Shown one piece after another: positions 27,822 through 38,233 of a DNA stretch of 64,000 nt. The stretch is from positions 137,206-201,205 of the forward strand of contig JBAYJA010000001.1 in the NCBI GenBank assembly GCA_041665345.1, read 5' to 3'. The DNA comes from Patescibacteria group bacterium. GTDB lineage: Bacteria > Patescibacteriota > Patescibacteriia > PEXW01. Both the position numbers and the translations under genes were made by a program. Each line of letters opens with the position of its first letter. The stretch's first letter is position 1. Under the pieces are notes generated by a model that worked only from the letters and a program-made list of their open reading frames with translations, did no database searches and was not told where the DNA came from.

Positions 27822-28805
27822 CTACTGATTCAGGATTGTACTGGCGATAATGCGTGCGGCAACTGCTTTCGCTTGCAGTGCTTCAGGGCTAGGGGCGACC
27901 AGAATGACAAAGTCAAGTTGGGTGGACTGGCCAGGCGGAAGTTGCGGAACCATGGCGTACTGGTAGTACACGCAGTCGTAGTTTTGTTTGGTGAGTGGGA
28001 GGTTTTCCATATCACCATTGAAGATATCACGGGAGCTCCAGTGTCCAAAATTTCCAAATTCACCAATGCGACTTTGACTTTCGGTAAATGGGTTGGCAAT
28101 GAACGATCCAATGACTCCAGGCGTAACCGTGCTGCCCCATGCTTGATCATACCCATCAACATCGTAGGTGTAGAGCAGCCCAGGAAATGCTCCAACCGCA
28201 TCATCAAGCCGACCGGCGTCGGTGAAGCCATGTGATTCTCCAATATCAGCATCCAGGTACAGGCCAAGCGAGAGCGGGGAGAAGTTTTCCGTTCCGCAGT
28301 TCACCACGGTGAGCCGAAGGAAGAGGCAGCCGGTAAATAACGGCGCATCCGTGGTGCTGGTCCGCAGGGTGCAGAGAAACGTAGACCCATGCGACTGATC
28401 GTTGAGGATGGTTTCCGTTTGCTCCAACATGAACGACGTGAGTGTGTCATTCAGGATGAGCGGGGCACGGCGGAGGGAAACCGGTTTTTGCGTACCATCA
28501 GGTTGCACCACACCCATCAACTCATTTGTCGTTGAGGCGATGTACTCGTGATTTTTCGTCGCGCCGTTCAGGAGGAACCCGCACTCACCCAGGTAATTCC
28601 GGCCAGAACCCGCGGGCCATTCAAATGATGGGAGATCAAGGCCGGGGTAGCCACCAATGGCGCCCCAGGCGGCAACCGTTGTTCGGAAACCAGCGTGGTC
28701 GAGGATCGTTGGCGTTGGCGGCGTGGTATACCAGGCCAGTGCGGTTTGAAACAGGAGTGTGCTGAGAGCCAGCAAACGAAGGCAGAAATGGAATGAGCGT
28801 TTCAT
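27822..28805 (-). CDS. Secreted hypothetical protein
   Basis: Signal peptide; FEWPAGSGRNYL and GLYLDADIG motifs; AGAAAGGA SD. Confidence 0.75.
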   Translation of the reverse strand: MKRSFHFCLRLLALSTLLFQTALAWYTTPPTPTILDHAGFRTTVAAWGAIGGYPGLDLPSFEWPAGSGRNYLGECGFLLNGATKNHEYIASTTNELMGVVQPDGTQKPVSLRRAPLILNDTLTSFMLEQTETILNDQSHGSTFLCTLRTSTTDAPLFTGCLFLRLTVVNCGTENFSPLSLGLYLDADIGESHGFTDAGRLDDAVGAFPGLLYTYDVDGYDQAWGSTVTPGVIGSFIANPFTESQSRIGEFGNFGHWSSRDIFNGDMENLPLTKQNYDCVYYQYAMVPQLPPGQSTQLDFVILVAPSPEALQAKAVAARIIASTILNQ

Positions 28806-28985
28806 GCGATTTTCCTTTCTTGAGGGTTTTTGGTGTTCTCCACACTGTAGATGCAGGAAACCTCCGCGTCAAGCCATAAGGCACTGCAGGGCAGATTGAA
28901 AACTATCAGTGGAGGGTGTGGGACATTTGCACAAAAAAACGGCACACCAGAATAGGTGTGCCGAAAGTGACGCAGGCGGTGTTTG

Positions 28986-29417
28986 TTAGAGTGCCTGACT
29001 CGTTCGTAGGTGTAGGTACTTCACCATTTGCCGCAGGGCTACGGGGGTCAGCGCAGTTTCTTCAATAACAATTGCAGTGCCACACGGGAAGTTGATATGG
29101 TATTGCCCCCGGTGCGGGACAAAGCCAATGCCTGGGTGTGCCTGCATGATTTGCTTCCAGAAGTCGCTGCGCTCCAGGAGCAGGACAATGAGTTGCCGCC
29201 GGAGCTGGGTTTCCGGGTGAGACCAGGAGTACACTTTGGTTTGCCGGCGCGCCTGGAGAAAGGCAAAAATTGCCACACAGTCTGCTGTGGTCAGCCGACC
29301 TCTCATTTCCCCAAATGTCTCCAAGACAATTTTAATGGAACCCCTAGCAATATCTTCCATAATAAGGGCTGAGAGCGGGGTTGCCAAAAGTTGCTTTCGC
29401 TGTTTATTCTTGTTCAC
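28986..29417 (-). CDS. Hypothetical protein
   Basis: GGAGG SD, downstream terminator hairpin near 28940-28963. Confidence 0.65.
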   Translation of the reverse strand: MNKNKQRKQLLATPLSALIMEDIARGSIKIVLETFGEMRGRLTTADCVAIFAFLQARRQTKVYSWSHPETQLRRQLIVLLLERSDFWKQIMQAHPGIGFVPHRGQYHINFPCGTAIVIEETALTPVALRQMVKYLHLRTSQAL

Positions 29418-29549
29418 GTCCTCCCTCCAAAGAAAATTTCCGGTGTGGTAAAAGAGCTATCCTTTGCAATGCGATTCTGGCATGTGGCAGCCCTGGCGTC
29501 AACTGAGGGCTGGCCGCAGAGCGCTGATCTTTTGTGCTAAAGTATGGAT

Positions 29550-29951
29550 ATGCAGGACAGACCAGCCATTCCAACTCCCCATCCCCGCCCGCTCCGGCTG
29601 TTCTTTTTCTGGTCGGGTGTCATTGCCACAATTTGCTACCGGGCGATTATCTTTTTCAGTGACGCCAATCCCGCACTTTTGAAAGGCTCCTGGTACATTG
29701 GTACCGTCGGTTTTATTATTTACTTTGCCCACCGGTTCCAAATTGCCCAGCGGCGAAGTATGGTGCTCCAAAAATACAATCTCGCACAGAAAGTCCCTCA
29801 GCTTGCTGAGTTGTCAGCTGAAGAGCGGCAAGCCATGACCTACGTTTTTCAAACCCTGGGTTCCAGCCGAGAGAAGTGGAACTACATTCTCATCTTCGTT
29901 TCCTCGGGTGTCGCCTTGCTCGCTGGGGTGTACCTGGACTTCTTGCGGTAA
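29550..29951 (+). CDS. Hypothetical three-TM membrane protein
   Basis: Hydrophobic segments; extended -10 TGCTAAAGT 6 nt before ATG. Confidence 0.75.
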   Translation: MQDRPAIPTPHPRPLRLFFFWSGVIATICYRAIIFFSDANPALLKGSWYIGTVGFIIYFAHRFQIAQRRSMVLQKYNLAQKVPQLAELSAEERQAMTYVFQTLGSSREKWNYILIFVSSGVALLAGVYLDFLR

Positions 29952-30004
29952 AGGACTTGACCGGAATATATTAGCTGCTAAACTATGTAGCAGCGACCTT
30001 TTGT

Positions 30005-30433
30005 ATGACCAATCTCCAATCACGCCAGCAACTCATTGAGCAATTCCAGGAAGGCATTCGGGCCATTGGCCGGAAACTCTGGAGTGGGGTTGGCCACACC
30101 TTGGCAAAATGCACGCTTCATCCGGGGCAGGCGCGTTTGCTCTACCTCATGCACCAGCAGGGCACAACAACCACCAAAGTGCTGGCTACCGTTCTGGGCA
30201 CCACGCCCAGTGCGGCAACGCAGCTGGTGGAAAGCCTGGTACAGCTTGGCTTGGTTGCGCGGAAGGCTGATACACGGGACCGGCGGGTTGCTTGGCTCAC
30301 CCTATCACCGAAAGGGAGGAAGACCTTTGCGACTTTCCACCGTGCGCACCTCCGCCGTCTCGCCAAGCTTTTGCAGCCGCTCACCAATGCAGAACTAGCG
30401 CAGTTCACTTCTCTCCAACGTAAACTCCTCTAA
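30005..30433 (+). CDS. MarR-family regulator
   Basis: LA..LG.TPSAATQLV..LV..GLV.R..D.RDRR..L.LS.KG. Confidence 0.92.
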   Translation: MTNLQSRQQLIEQFQEGIRAIGRKLWSGVGHTLAKCTLHPGQARLLYLMHQQGTTTTKVLATVLGTTPSAATQLVESLVQLGLVARKADTRDRRVAWLTLSPKGRKTFATFHRAHLRRLAKLLQPLTNAELAQFTSLQRKLL

Positions 30434-30444
30434 CCTTTATGCAC

Positions 30445-31365
30445 ATGGCCGAGCATATTATCCAAGTACAGAATCTCAAGAAGCAGTATGGTGATTTTAC
30501 TGCCGTTGACGGCATTTCCTTTACCGTTGAAAAAGGTGAGACGTTTGGGATTTTAGGTCCGAACGGGGCTGGGAAAACCACGACGCTGGAAATGATGGAA
30601 GGTTTGAAAGGCATCACGGGTGGTACGGTTCTCCTTGATGGGAAAGATGTGAGTAAGCTGACTCGGGAGGTTAAAGCGGTGATTGGTGTGCAACTCCAGT
30701 CCTCAGCTTTCTTTGACGGGCTAAACTTGAAAGAGTTGGTGGAAACTTTTGGCGCGTTGTACGGCAAAGAAGTTGATGCCATGAAATTACTTCGTGAGGT
30801 CCAGCTTGAGGAGAAATGGAAAAGTAAAGTAAAGGAGTTGTCTGGCGGGCAGAAGCAGCGGCTGTCCATTGCCGTGGCTTTGGTCAACCAACCCAAGGTG
30901 CTGTTCCTGGACGAACCAACCACGGGGTTGGATCCGCAAGCTCGGCGGAATTTGTGGGATTTGATTAACCAGATAAAAGGCCGCGGTGTCACCATTATCC
31001 TCACCACGCACTACATGGAAGAAGCCGAAGTGCTCTGCGACCGGATTGCAATTATGGATCATGCCAAGATCATGACGCTGGATACGCCGCACAACCTTCT
31101 GAAGCTCGCGGATGTTGGGACCACGGTGCAATGCAATGTGGATCGTGCGATTTCCGTGGAAACATTGGGGCAACTTCCGGAGATCTCCGGTGTGGAGGTG
31201 ATGGACCATATGTTCACCTTTAAAACCAAGCAGCCAGAGAAAGCGTTGCCCGCGCTCTTTACCCTGGCGCAGCAGCAGGGGGTTGCTTTGCACGATGTGC
31301 AGGTGCACCAGGCGACGTTGGAAGATGTCTTCCTGAAGCTCACCGGACGGAAACTCCGCGAGTAA
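30445..31365 (+). CDS. ABC transporter ATP-binding protein (ABC-2 exporter)
   Basis: GPNGAGKT, LSGGQ, LFLDEPT. Confidence 0.95.
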   Translation: MAEHIIQVQNLKKQYGDFTAVDGISFTVEKGETFGILGPNGAGKTTTLEMMEGLKGITGGTVLLDGKDVSKLTREVKAVIGVQLQSSAFFDGLNLKELVETFGALYGKEVDAMKLLREVQLEEKWKSKVKELSGGQKQRLSIAVALVNQPKVLFLDEPTTGLDPQARRNLWDLINQIKGRGVTIILTTHYMEEAEVLCDRIAIMDHAKIMTLDTPHNLLKLADVGTTVQCNVDRAISVETLGQLPEISGVEVMDHMFTFKTKQPEKALPALFTLAQQQGVALHDVQVHQATLEDVFLKLTGRKLRE

Positions 31366-31390
31366 ATCCCGCGACACTCACTCTACACCT

Positions 31391-32491
31391 ATGACCATTC
31401 GCAAACTCACCATCGCTTCTCTAAAGATGTTCGTGCGGAATAAGCAGGCGCTGTTCTTCACCATTTTCATGCCCTTCATTTTCATTGGCATCTTTGGTCT
31501 CATTGGCTTTGACAAGCCACAGACCATTGATTTGGGCATTGTCACGGAGAACCCATCTCCAGCCACGCAGACGTTCGTAGATTCTTTAAACGACATTTCG
31601 GTTTTTAAAGTTCATAGCGGGACTGAGACGGGTGAACGTGCTGAACTGCAGAACGGGAAACGAGCGGTTGTGGTGCTGATCCCAGACAATCTTTTCCCAG
31701 ACCCAAAGAGCAAAACAGTCCCAGCACCAAAGCAGGTCGTCATCTTGAAGAATGTAGCGTACGAGCAGCAGGGACAGACCGCCATTAGCATTCTGAACCA
31801 GCTCTTTGACAAGACCACGCTGCAGGTGACCAAGGCACCCACGCTCTTCAACCTCGATGTGCAATCCATCAACGCCAAGAAAGTGCGGTACATTGATTTC
31901 CTGCTCCCGGGCATTGTAGCTATGTCCATTATGCAAATGGCCGTCTTCTCCGTCGCCTTTGTGTTCACGGATTATAAAGAGAAGGGGATTCTGAAGCGCT
32001 TGCTGGCCACGCCCATGAAACCGCAGGATTTTGTAGCGTCCCAAGTTATCACTCGGTTGATTGTGGCCGTTGCTCAGTCTGCCATACTGCTGGCTGTGGG
32101 CGCGCTCATCTTCAAGTCGCATATTTACGGTAATCCACTGCTCATTTTGCTGACGGTACTCCTGGGGAGCATTATGTTCCTCGGTCTTGGTTTCACCATC
32201 TCCGGTCTGTCCAAAACCGTGGAGGCTGTGCCGGCAATCGCAAACATCATTATCTTCCCCATGCTTTTCCTCTCTGGGATTTTCTTTCCCACCACCAGCA
32301 TGCCGGGCTGGTTGCAGCATGTGGTGGAGTACCTACCATTGCAACCTTTTGCCAATGCGTTGCGATCTATTGTGGGGGAAGGCGCGAGTTTCAACGCTAT
32401 CAAAGGTGACCTGGCGTGGGTCTTTGGCTGGGCCGTGGTTCTGGTCGTGCTCGCTGTGGTCACCTTCCGCTTTGAGGAAAAACGAGTGTAG
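31391..32491 (+). CDS. ABC-2 type permease
   Basis: YIDFLLPGI, KEKGILKRL..TP, FLSGIFFP; six TM. Confidence 0.93.
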   Translation: MTIRKLTIASLKMFVRNKQALFFTIFMPFIFIGIFGLIGFDKPQTIDLGIVTENPSPATQTFVDSLNDISVFKVHSGTETGERAELQNGKRAVVVLIPDNLFPDPKSKTVPAPKQVVILKNVAYEQQGQTAISILNQLFDKTTLQVTKAPTLFNLDVQSINAKKVRYIDFLLPGIVAMSIMQMAVFSVAFVFTDYKEKGILKRLLATPMKPQDFVASQVITRLIVAVAQSAILLAVGALIFKSHIYGNPLLILLTVLLGSIMFLGLGFTISGLSKTVEAVPAIANIIIFPMLFLSGIFFPTTSMPGWLQHVVEYLPLQPFANALRSIVGEGASFNAIKGDLAWVFGWAVVLVVLAVVTFRFEEKRV

Positions 32492-32493
32492 GG

Positions 32494-32535
32494 GAGAAGC
32501 CATAAAGCCATAGAGCCGTAAGCCATAGGCCGTAA
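32494..32535 (+). repeat. AGCC(A/G)TA(A/G) short tandem repeat after stop codon; also at 34596-34634, 41552-41580, 63631-63666
   Basis: AGCCATAAAGCCATAGAGCCGTAAGCCATAGGCCGTAA and variants. Confidence 0.75.
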
Positions 32536-32556
32536 ACTAGGGAGTCAGCTATAATA

Positions 32557-32592
32557 CCGCTCCGAAGATTCGACGGGGTCGAATGTCGGAGC
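32557..32592 (+). repeat. Palindromic dispersed repeat; copy at 41486-41521
   Basis: CCGCTCCGA(A/C)GATTCGACGGGGTCGAAT(G/A)TCGGAGC, 34/36 identical. Confidence 0.85.
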
Positions 32593-32678
32593 TCCAAGTG
32601 CGTTAGACGAATCGAGGGGTAGAGACTATGTGGTTGTTGTTCCAGAGCGGCTTTTCCTCATGCTATACTCTTTTGCAT

Positions 32679-33527
32679 ATGAAACAACGAATGCTTGGTT
32701 TTATTGTGTTAGGATTTTTGCTTGGTATTGTGAGCATGCCGCAGCTGAGTTTTGCAGCGTCCGATCGCATCGTGCATTCCAATTCTTCTTGGCGAAAGTA
32801 TACTGACCTCGTTACCTCCCGTGGCAAGTTTACGGTCCAGGTGGTTGCCGTCAATTTGCAGAACCCAAAACTTCGGATCGCCACCCTGACGAATACGAAA
32901 GGGGACTGCAAAGACAACTGTCCGGTAGCCCCGCTCATCAAGTACGTCCAACGGCTCCAAGGTTTTGCAGGTATTAACGGCACGTACTTCTGTCCAGCAG
33001 ACTACGCCGCTTGCCGGAATCAAGACGGTTCCTACTTTTGGATGGTCTACAATTCCATTCACGGGACCTTTGTGAACCAAACCCAGAATAAATTTAACCA
33101 TGGTCCGTTACTCGCTTTTGATACCGAGAACCACTGGCACTTCTGGCGGGAAGCGAAAGACTGGCCCGGGCTAGCCGGGTTTGAAGCGCAGTACGATACC
33201 AGGTTGACGGCGCTCATCTCCAATGGCCCTGCATTGGTCATCAATAAGCAGGTAGTAGTGACTGCAAGTGAATTAGATAGTAAGCAGCGCACAGTGAAGA
33301 GCGCACGAAGTGCTATCGCTTTGAAAGGTCGCAACATTTACTTCTTGGTTGGCAGCAGCGCGACAGTCCTGGACATGGGTGCCATTGCTGCTGCGTTCAA
33401 TATGGAGTACGCCATAAACCTGGACGGCGGCGGTTCATCCGCCTTGGTCTTTGATAACCAGTACCGCGTGGGACCGGGGCGAAATATCCCGAATGCCATT
33501 GTGCTGACGGAAAATCCTGTCCGCTAA
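32679..33527 (+). CDS. Phosphodiester glycosidase (NAGPA-like) family protein
   Basis: Signal peptide; GINGTYF, GP.LV, RSAIA, AINLDGGGSS. Confidence 0.88.
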   Translation: MKQRMLGFIVLGFLLGIVSMPQLSFAASDRIVHSNSSWRKYTDLVTSRGKFTVQVVAVNLQNPKLRIATLTNTKGDCKDNCPVAPLIKYVQRLQGFAGINGTYFCPADYAACRNQDGSYFWMVYNSIHGTFVNQTQNKFNHGPLLAFDTENHWHFWREAKDWPGLAGFEAQYDTRLTALISNGPALVINKQVVVTASELDSKQRTVKSARSAIALKGRNIYFLVGSSATVLDMGAIAAAFNMEYAINLDGGGSSALVFDNQYRVGPGRNIPNAIVLTENPVR

Positions 33528-33568
33528 GCACATTGCTCCAGGTGGGATGAAAGTGGTATAGTATGCCC

Positions 33569-34591
33569 ATGAAGAAAGCCTTCCTCCTTGCCGTCTGTGC
33601 CCTTGCGTTGAGCGTGGGCGTTGCAGCATGTGGGAAGCAGCCGGTGGCAAACACCAATGCAAATCAAAACGCAAACGGGAATGAGAACGTGAATGCCGAA
33701 TTGCCAAATGTGAATGGCGATGCAAATGCGAACGCGAATATCGACCTGAACACGAATGCGAACACCAATGTCAATACAGATACGGATTTTGACGATGACG
33801 GGCTTACCAACGACCAAGAGCGGGAGTACAAGACCGACCCGTTGAACCCCGACTCTGATGGCGATGGGTATACGGATGGCGATGAAGTGCGTACTGGATA
33901 CGATCCAACCAAAATCCCCTCTGAAGATCCAAAGGTCATTAGCCAGCTCCGGCCGGTGAATACCCCCGGGGTACCCGCGCCCATTGTGCGGAATGTGCCG
34001 TTGAAGGCGGTGCAGAGTTTTCCCTTCCGGGTCCGGCGGGATGAAGGCGGGGTGACGTTACGATTAGAGTCGCGGACTGCACTTCCGAATGCCAATTTCG
34101 TGATGGATTTTGCGGGAGGTGAAGACAACCATGGACCGAGTTACGCTTTAGATGGACGCTACAATATCCTCCGCGGAGGTTATGATAAAGGGAAAGTGTG
34201 GGGCGTCTTGAAGGACTTCACGAAAGGCGCACACTTTGCAGCCACGGCAAACATTTCTGGAACCATGACGGTCTACCCAGCGCCAACGCCGCCATTTTCC
34301 ATTAGCGGAACTGGTGAAGGTGGCGTGGAGGATGCTGCGCTGACCTACGATAATCAACTCATTGCGGATTTTCCAAAGAGCGGCTCCTACATTTTTGAAC
34401 TTGGGATAACCAAAGGGAAGATGAAGATATCAATGGAGAATACCAACCTGACGGTTGGGGACAAAGTGTACCAGGCGTATGAGGCAATTAGTAGTACGAG
34501 AATAAAAGCTGACGTAACCGAAGGTCTGCATATTATCAACCTCCAGGCAATTGGATTGACTAGCTGGTCGTTGCGCGTGTCGAAAGGATAG
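33569..34591 (+). CDS. Lipoprotein with Asn-rich linker and thrombospondin type 3-like Ca-binding repeats
   Basis: Lipobox VAAC; DDDGLTNDQE..TDP..PDSDGDGYTDGDEV. Confidence 0.85.
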   Translation: MKKAFLLAVCALALSVGVAACGKQPVANTNANQNANGNENVNAELPNVNGDANANANIDLNTNANTNVNTDTDFDDDGLTNDQEREYKTDPLNPDSDGDGYTDGDEVRTGYDPTKIPSEDPKVISQLRPVNTPGVPAPIVRNVPLKAVQSFPFRVRRDEGGVTLRLESRTALPNANFVMDFAGGEDNHGPSYALDGRYNILRGGYDKGKVWGVLKDFTKGAHFAATANISGTMTVYPAPTPPFSISGTGEGGVEDAALTYDNQLIADFPKSGSYIFELGITKGKMKISMENTNLTVGDKVYQAYEAISSTRIKADVTEGLHIINLQAIGLTSWSLRVSKG

Positions 34592-34641
34592 TGAGGGGAG
34601 AGCCGTAAGCTATAGAGCTATAAGCTGTAAGCCTTTTTTCT

Positions 34642-34830
34642 TGTTATTGCGAGCTCCAGTAGGAGCGTGGCCTGTCTGCCGACGAGGCAGGCAATCTTGC
34701 GGTAATACGGAACCAAGAAGACTGACCGTGCTCTTTTTTCGCGCCTGGTTTATATAATAATGTCTCCTCGGTAAGGGTTACCACCCCCTACCCCCTCCTT
34801 ATGCAAGGAGGGGACAAGTTTGCGGTTCAT
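34642..34830 (+). repeat. Composite palindromic MITE/REP-like element; related copy at 58964-59135
   Basis: Both run TGT(T/C)ATTGCGAG...GCAATC...GGAACCAAGA...AGGGTTACC..CCCCTCCTT..AAGGAGGGGA..GTTTG.GGTTCAT in the same order. Confidence 0.8.
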
Positions 34831-34938
34831 CCCAAACCCCACCTTCTAATTCCACTCGCCGCTACACCCAAACCCTCAACCCTGTTCGTAACAGGGTTGA
34901 CGGGATGAGCGGGAACTCCTATCCTGTATGTACGAGTT

Positions 34939-35331
34939 ATGGCGCTTTTTTCTACCCGAACTGACTACGCACTAGTGCTCCTCACTGCATTGGCACGCGA
35001 GGACGGTTTTGCGTCCCTGCGGGTGATTGCCAAACGGCATCGCTTACCCTACCGCTACGTCAGCCGATTAGCTGGGTCTTTGAAGCGGGCAAAAATTTTG
35101 AAAAGTCGGGAAGGGGTGTTGGGTGGGTACGCCCTGGCCAGGCCAGCCAAGAGTATTCGGGTAGCGGAAATTATTGAGCTCTTTGAAGGAAATTTTGGTC
35201 CTGTCCGGTGCATTCACTCGCCCGGTTCGTGTCCATTGGCCAAGGAGTGCACGTTGAAGCCACACTGGAAAGCAATGCACCAGCAGCTGATTGCCACGCT
35301 GCAGAAGTACACCATCGCGGATTTCGCCTAG
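34939..35331 (+). CDS. Rrf2-family regulator (IscR-like)
   Basis: TDYAL, SREGVLGGYALARP, C-x5-C-x5-C. Confidence 0.92.
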   Translation: MALFSTRTDYALVLLTALAREDGFASLRVIAKRHRLPYRYVSRLAGSLKRAKILKSREGVLGGYALARPAKSIRVAEIIELFEGNFGPVRCIHSPGSCPLAKECTLKPHWKAMHQQLIATLQKYTIADFA

Positions 35332-35339
35332 GCGCGGCT

Positions 35340-36074
35340 ATGGCGCTCGTCGTCACCAAACTCCGTGCCGGGGTGGAGGGTCGGGAGATTCTCCGCGATT
35401 TGTCGTTGACCATTCCCAGCGGGGAAGTGCACGCGCTCATGGGTCCTAATGGTTCTGGCAAATCGACCCTGGCAAATGTGCTCATGGGTCACCCAGGCTA
35501 CACCCAAGCCGGCGGTATCATTGCGCTGGATGGAGTGTTACTCCAGGAGCTGAGCGCCGAAGAGCGTGCCAAGGCCGGACTTTTCCTCTCCTTTCAATAC
35601 CCAGTAGAAATTCCGGGGGTGTCGTTTCTGCATTTGCTCCGTACAGCGTACGCTGCTTTGCATGGGGAAGGGATGTCAGCGGTGGAATTGCGGAAGCGAG
35701 CAGAAGCAGCCATGGAAGCCCTGGGTATGCCCGCGGCATTTTTGAAGCGGAGTGTGAACGAAGGTTTTTCGGGTGGAGAGAAGAAGCGCGCGGAAATTGT
35801 GCAGCTGGCTGTGCTGCAACCCAAGTACGCAATTTTAGACGAAACTGACTCTGGTCTGGATGTGGATGCTTTACGGACGGTGGCCGCCGGAGTAGAAAAG
35901 TTACGGGGGAGCATGGGGGTCTTGGTCATCACCCACTACTCCCGCATTTTGACGCACCTGAAACCCGACGCAGTGCACGTGATGGCGGACGGGCAGATTG
36001 TCCAAAGTGGCGGACCAGACCTGGCGCAGACCATTGAGCGGGAGGGGTATGAAAAGTACGTGCCCAAGACCTAA
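35340..36074 (+). CDS. sufC: Fe-S assembly ATPase SufC
   Basis: GPNGSGKST, FQYPVEIPGV, FSGGEKKR, LDETDSGLD. Confidence 0.96.
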   Translation: MALVVTKLRAGVEGREILRDLSLTIPSGEVHALMGPNGSGKSTLANVLMGHPGYTQAGGIIALDGVLLQELSAEERAKAGLFLSFQYPVEIPGVSFLHLLRTAYAALHGEGMSAVELRKRAEAAMEALGMPAAFLKRSVNEGFSGGEKKRAEIVQLAVLQPKYAILDETDSGLDVDALRTVAAGVEKLRGSMGVLVITHYSRILTHLKPDAVHVMADGQIVQSGGPDLAQTIEREGYEKYVPKT

Positions 36075-36076
36075 CC

Positions 36077-37480
36077 ATGAGTACCGCGCCAACCTTTACC
36101 GACGTCGCTAGCCAGCAACTGGCGCCCAACGCGACTGACAAGTACACGTACCTTAGCGAACCCGGCCTGTCCATACGGACTGTGGAGGCGATTTCCCATT
36201 TGAAAAATGAACCCGCCTGGATGCTGGAGATTCGGAAGCGCGCCTTGGCGACGTTCAACGCAAAAAACCTTCCCGCCTGGGGTGGACACTTAGCCGATTT
36301 AGATTTTCAAGCCATCCACTACTACATGCGGCCAACAGATGGGGTAGTGGGGAAGTGGGCCGACGTCCCCGCAGACATTCGGAAAACCTACCAAGCGCTA
36401 GGCATTCCCCAAGCGGAGCAGAAGTACTTAGCCGGGGTGATGGCGCAGTATGAGTCCGAAGCCGTGTACCACTCTTTGCGAACAAACCTTTCGGAAAAAG
36501 GTGTCATCTTTTTGGACATGGATACTGCGCTACGTGAACATCCGGACATTGTCCGGCAGTACTTTGGGACGGTGGTCCCGGCGGGGGATAACAAGTTTTC
36601 CGCTTTGAACACTGCCGTGTGGAGCGGCGGCAGTTTTGTCTACATACCCAAAGGTGTGAAGGTAGATATTCCACTGCAAGCGTACTTCCGCATCAATGCA
36701 GAGCGGGTTGGGCAGTTCGAGCGTACGTTGATTATTGCGGAGGAGGGGAGTTCGGTGCACTACGTGGAGGGTTGCACTGCACCGGTGTACGCTGCGGACA
36801 GTTTGCATAGCGCAGTGGTGGAAATTATTGTGAAACGGGGCGCACGCGTGCGATATACCACGGTGCAGAACTGGTCCAAGAATGTGTACAACCTGGTCAC
36901 CAAGCGCGCCTTTGCGTACGAAGAGGCGACCATGGAATGGATTGATGGCAACCTGGGCTCCAAGCTCACCATGAAGTACCCCAGTATTTACTTGCTTGGC
37001 GAAGGTGCCAAAGGAGACGTTCTCTCTATTGCTTTTGCCGCTGATGGGCAGCATCAAGACGCTGGCGGGAAAGCTATCCATGGCGCACCAAATACCAGCT
37101 CCACCATCATTTCCAAATCCATTGCAAAAGGCAAAGGCCGCACCAGCTACCGCGGCATGATTCGCGTCCCCGTCGGCATGCGCGGGTGCAAATCTTCTGT
37201 GGTGTGCGATGCTTTGCTTTTGGATGAGCATTCTCGATCTGACACTTACCCAACCATGGATATTCGAGAATCGGACACGGCAATTTCGCACGAAGCCAGT
37301 GTGGGGAAGATTGGCGAAGAGCAACTCTTCTACTTACAATCCCGAGGCATTCCGGAAAATGTTGGACGGAGTTTGATTGTCCAAGGGTTCATTGAACCCA
37401 TTGCCAAGGAACTTCCCCTGGAGTACGCCGTGGAACTTAATCGGCTTATCCAGATGGAGATGGATGGGAGTGTTGGTTAG
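36077..37480 (+). CDS. sufB: Fe-S assembly protein SufB
   Basis: AQYESE, GQFERTLII, EGCTAP, PLEYAVELNRLI. Confidence 0.97.
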   Translation: MSTAPTFTDVASQQLAPNATDKYTYLSEPGLSIRTVEAISHLKNEPAWMLEIRKRALATFNAKNLPAWGGHLADLDFQAIHYYMRPTDGVVGKWADVPADIRKTYQALGIPQAEQKYLAGVMAQYESEAVYHSLRTNLSEKGVIFLDMDTALREHPDIVRQYFGTVVPAGDNKFSALNTAVWSGGSFVYIPKGVKVDIPLQAYFRINAERVGQFERTLIIAEEGSSVHYVEGCTAPVYAADSLHSAVVEIIVKRGARVRYTTVQNWSKNVYNLVTKRAFAYEEATMEWIDGNLGSKLTMKYPSIYLLGEGAKGDVLSIAFAADGQHQDAGGKAIHGAPNTSSTIISKSIAKGKGRTSYRGMIRVPVGMRGCKSSVVCDALLLDEHSRSDTYPTMDIRESDTAISHEASVGKIGEEQLFYLQSRGIPENVGRSLIVQGFIEPIAKELPLEYAVELNRLIQMEMDGSVG

Positions 37481-37481
37481 T

Positions 37482-38201
37482 ATGTCAGATACCCTACTCA
37501 TCAAAGCAGGAGAAAGCATTTCCCGCATTGTGCCGCTGGTGGCGGGGGAAAAAGTTTTGACCATTGTGGTCGCCGAAAGTGCCGCCTTGGTACTCTCTCT
37601 ACCAGGTGCAGTGGCAAATGGTGAAACGGCAAAGTGGCGCATTGAAGCGAAGGTTGGGAAGGACGCACAGCTCCACTGCATCACCTCACTTCTCCACGGC
37701 GCGGCAGTTGAAGTGGAAATCGTTATTCACCTCATGCAACCAGGAGCCGCTGCAAAAGTCACGGCTATGGCGCACTGCCGAGAAATGGAAACGCAAGTGT
37801 TCAATGTAACCATGCACCACCAGGCGCCGCACACCACCGGTGACATTGCCATTCGGGGGGTGGCCGAAGGGAAATCCAAAGCTACATTTTCTGGTTTAAT
37901 AAAAATTGATCCAGTGGCGCAGCAGACCAAAAGCTACTTTCGGGATGATGTATTACTTTTGGATCAAGCGTTTGCTCGGTCACTTCCAACCTTGGAAATT
38001 GAAGCCAACGACGTGCGCGCCTCGCATGGATCCACCACCAGCCGGATCAATGCGGACCAACTTTTCTACTTGCAAAGCCGAGGGTTGGATGTGCTAACGG
38101 CTCGGCGGATGATCGTCAACGGCTTTGTGGCGCCAGTGCTGCAGCGCGTGCCAGAGGCTTTTTGCACGCCTTTTCAGGTGGTGACTGAAATTGGAATATA
38201 A
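37482..38201 (+). CDS. sufD: SufD-family protein
   Basis: PTLEIEANDVRASHGST, QLFYLQSRGL. Confidence 0.9.
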   Translation: MSDTLLIKAGESISRIVPLVAGEKVLTIVVAESAALVLSLPGAVANGETAKWRIEAKVGKDAQLHCITSLLHGAAVEVEIVIHLMQPGAAAKVTAMAHCREMETQVFNVTMHHQAPHTTGDIAIRGVAEGKSKATFSGLIKIDPVAQQTKSYFRDDVLLLDQAFARSLPTLEIEANDVRASHGSTTSRINADQLFYLQSRGLDVLTARRMIVNGFVAPVLQRVPEAFCTPFQVVTEIGI

Positions 38202-38233
38202 AAAAGCAGGCCTGGAGTTAGCCTGCTGTAGGA

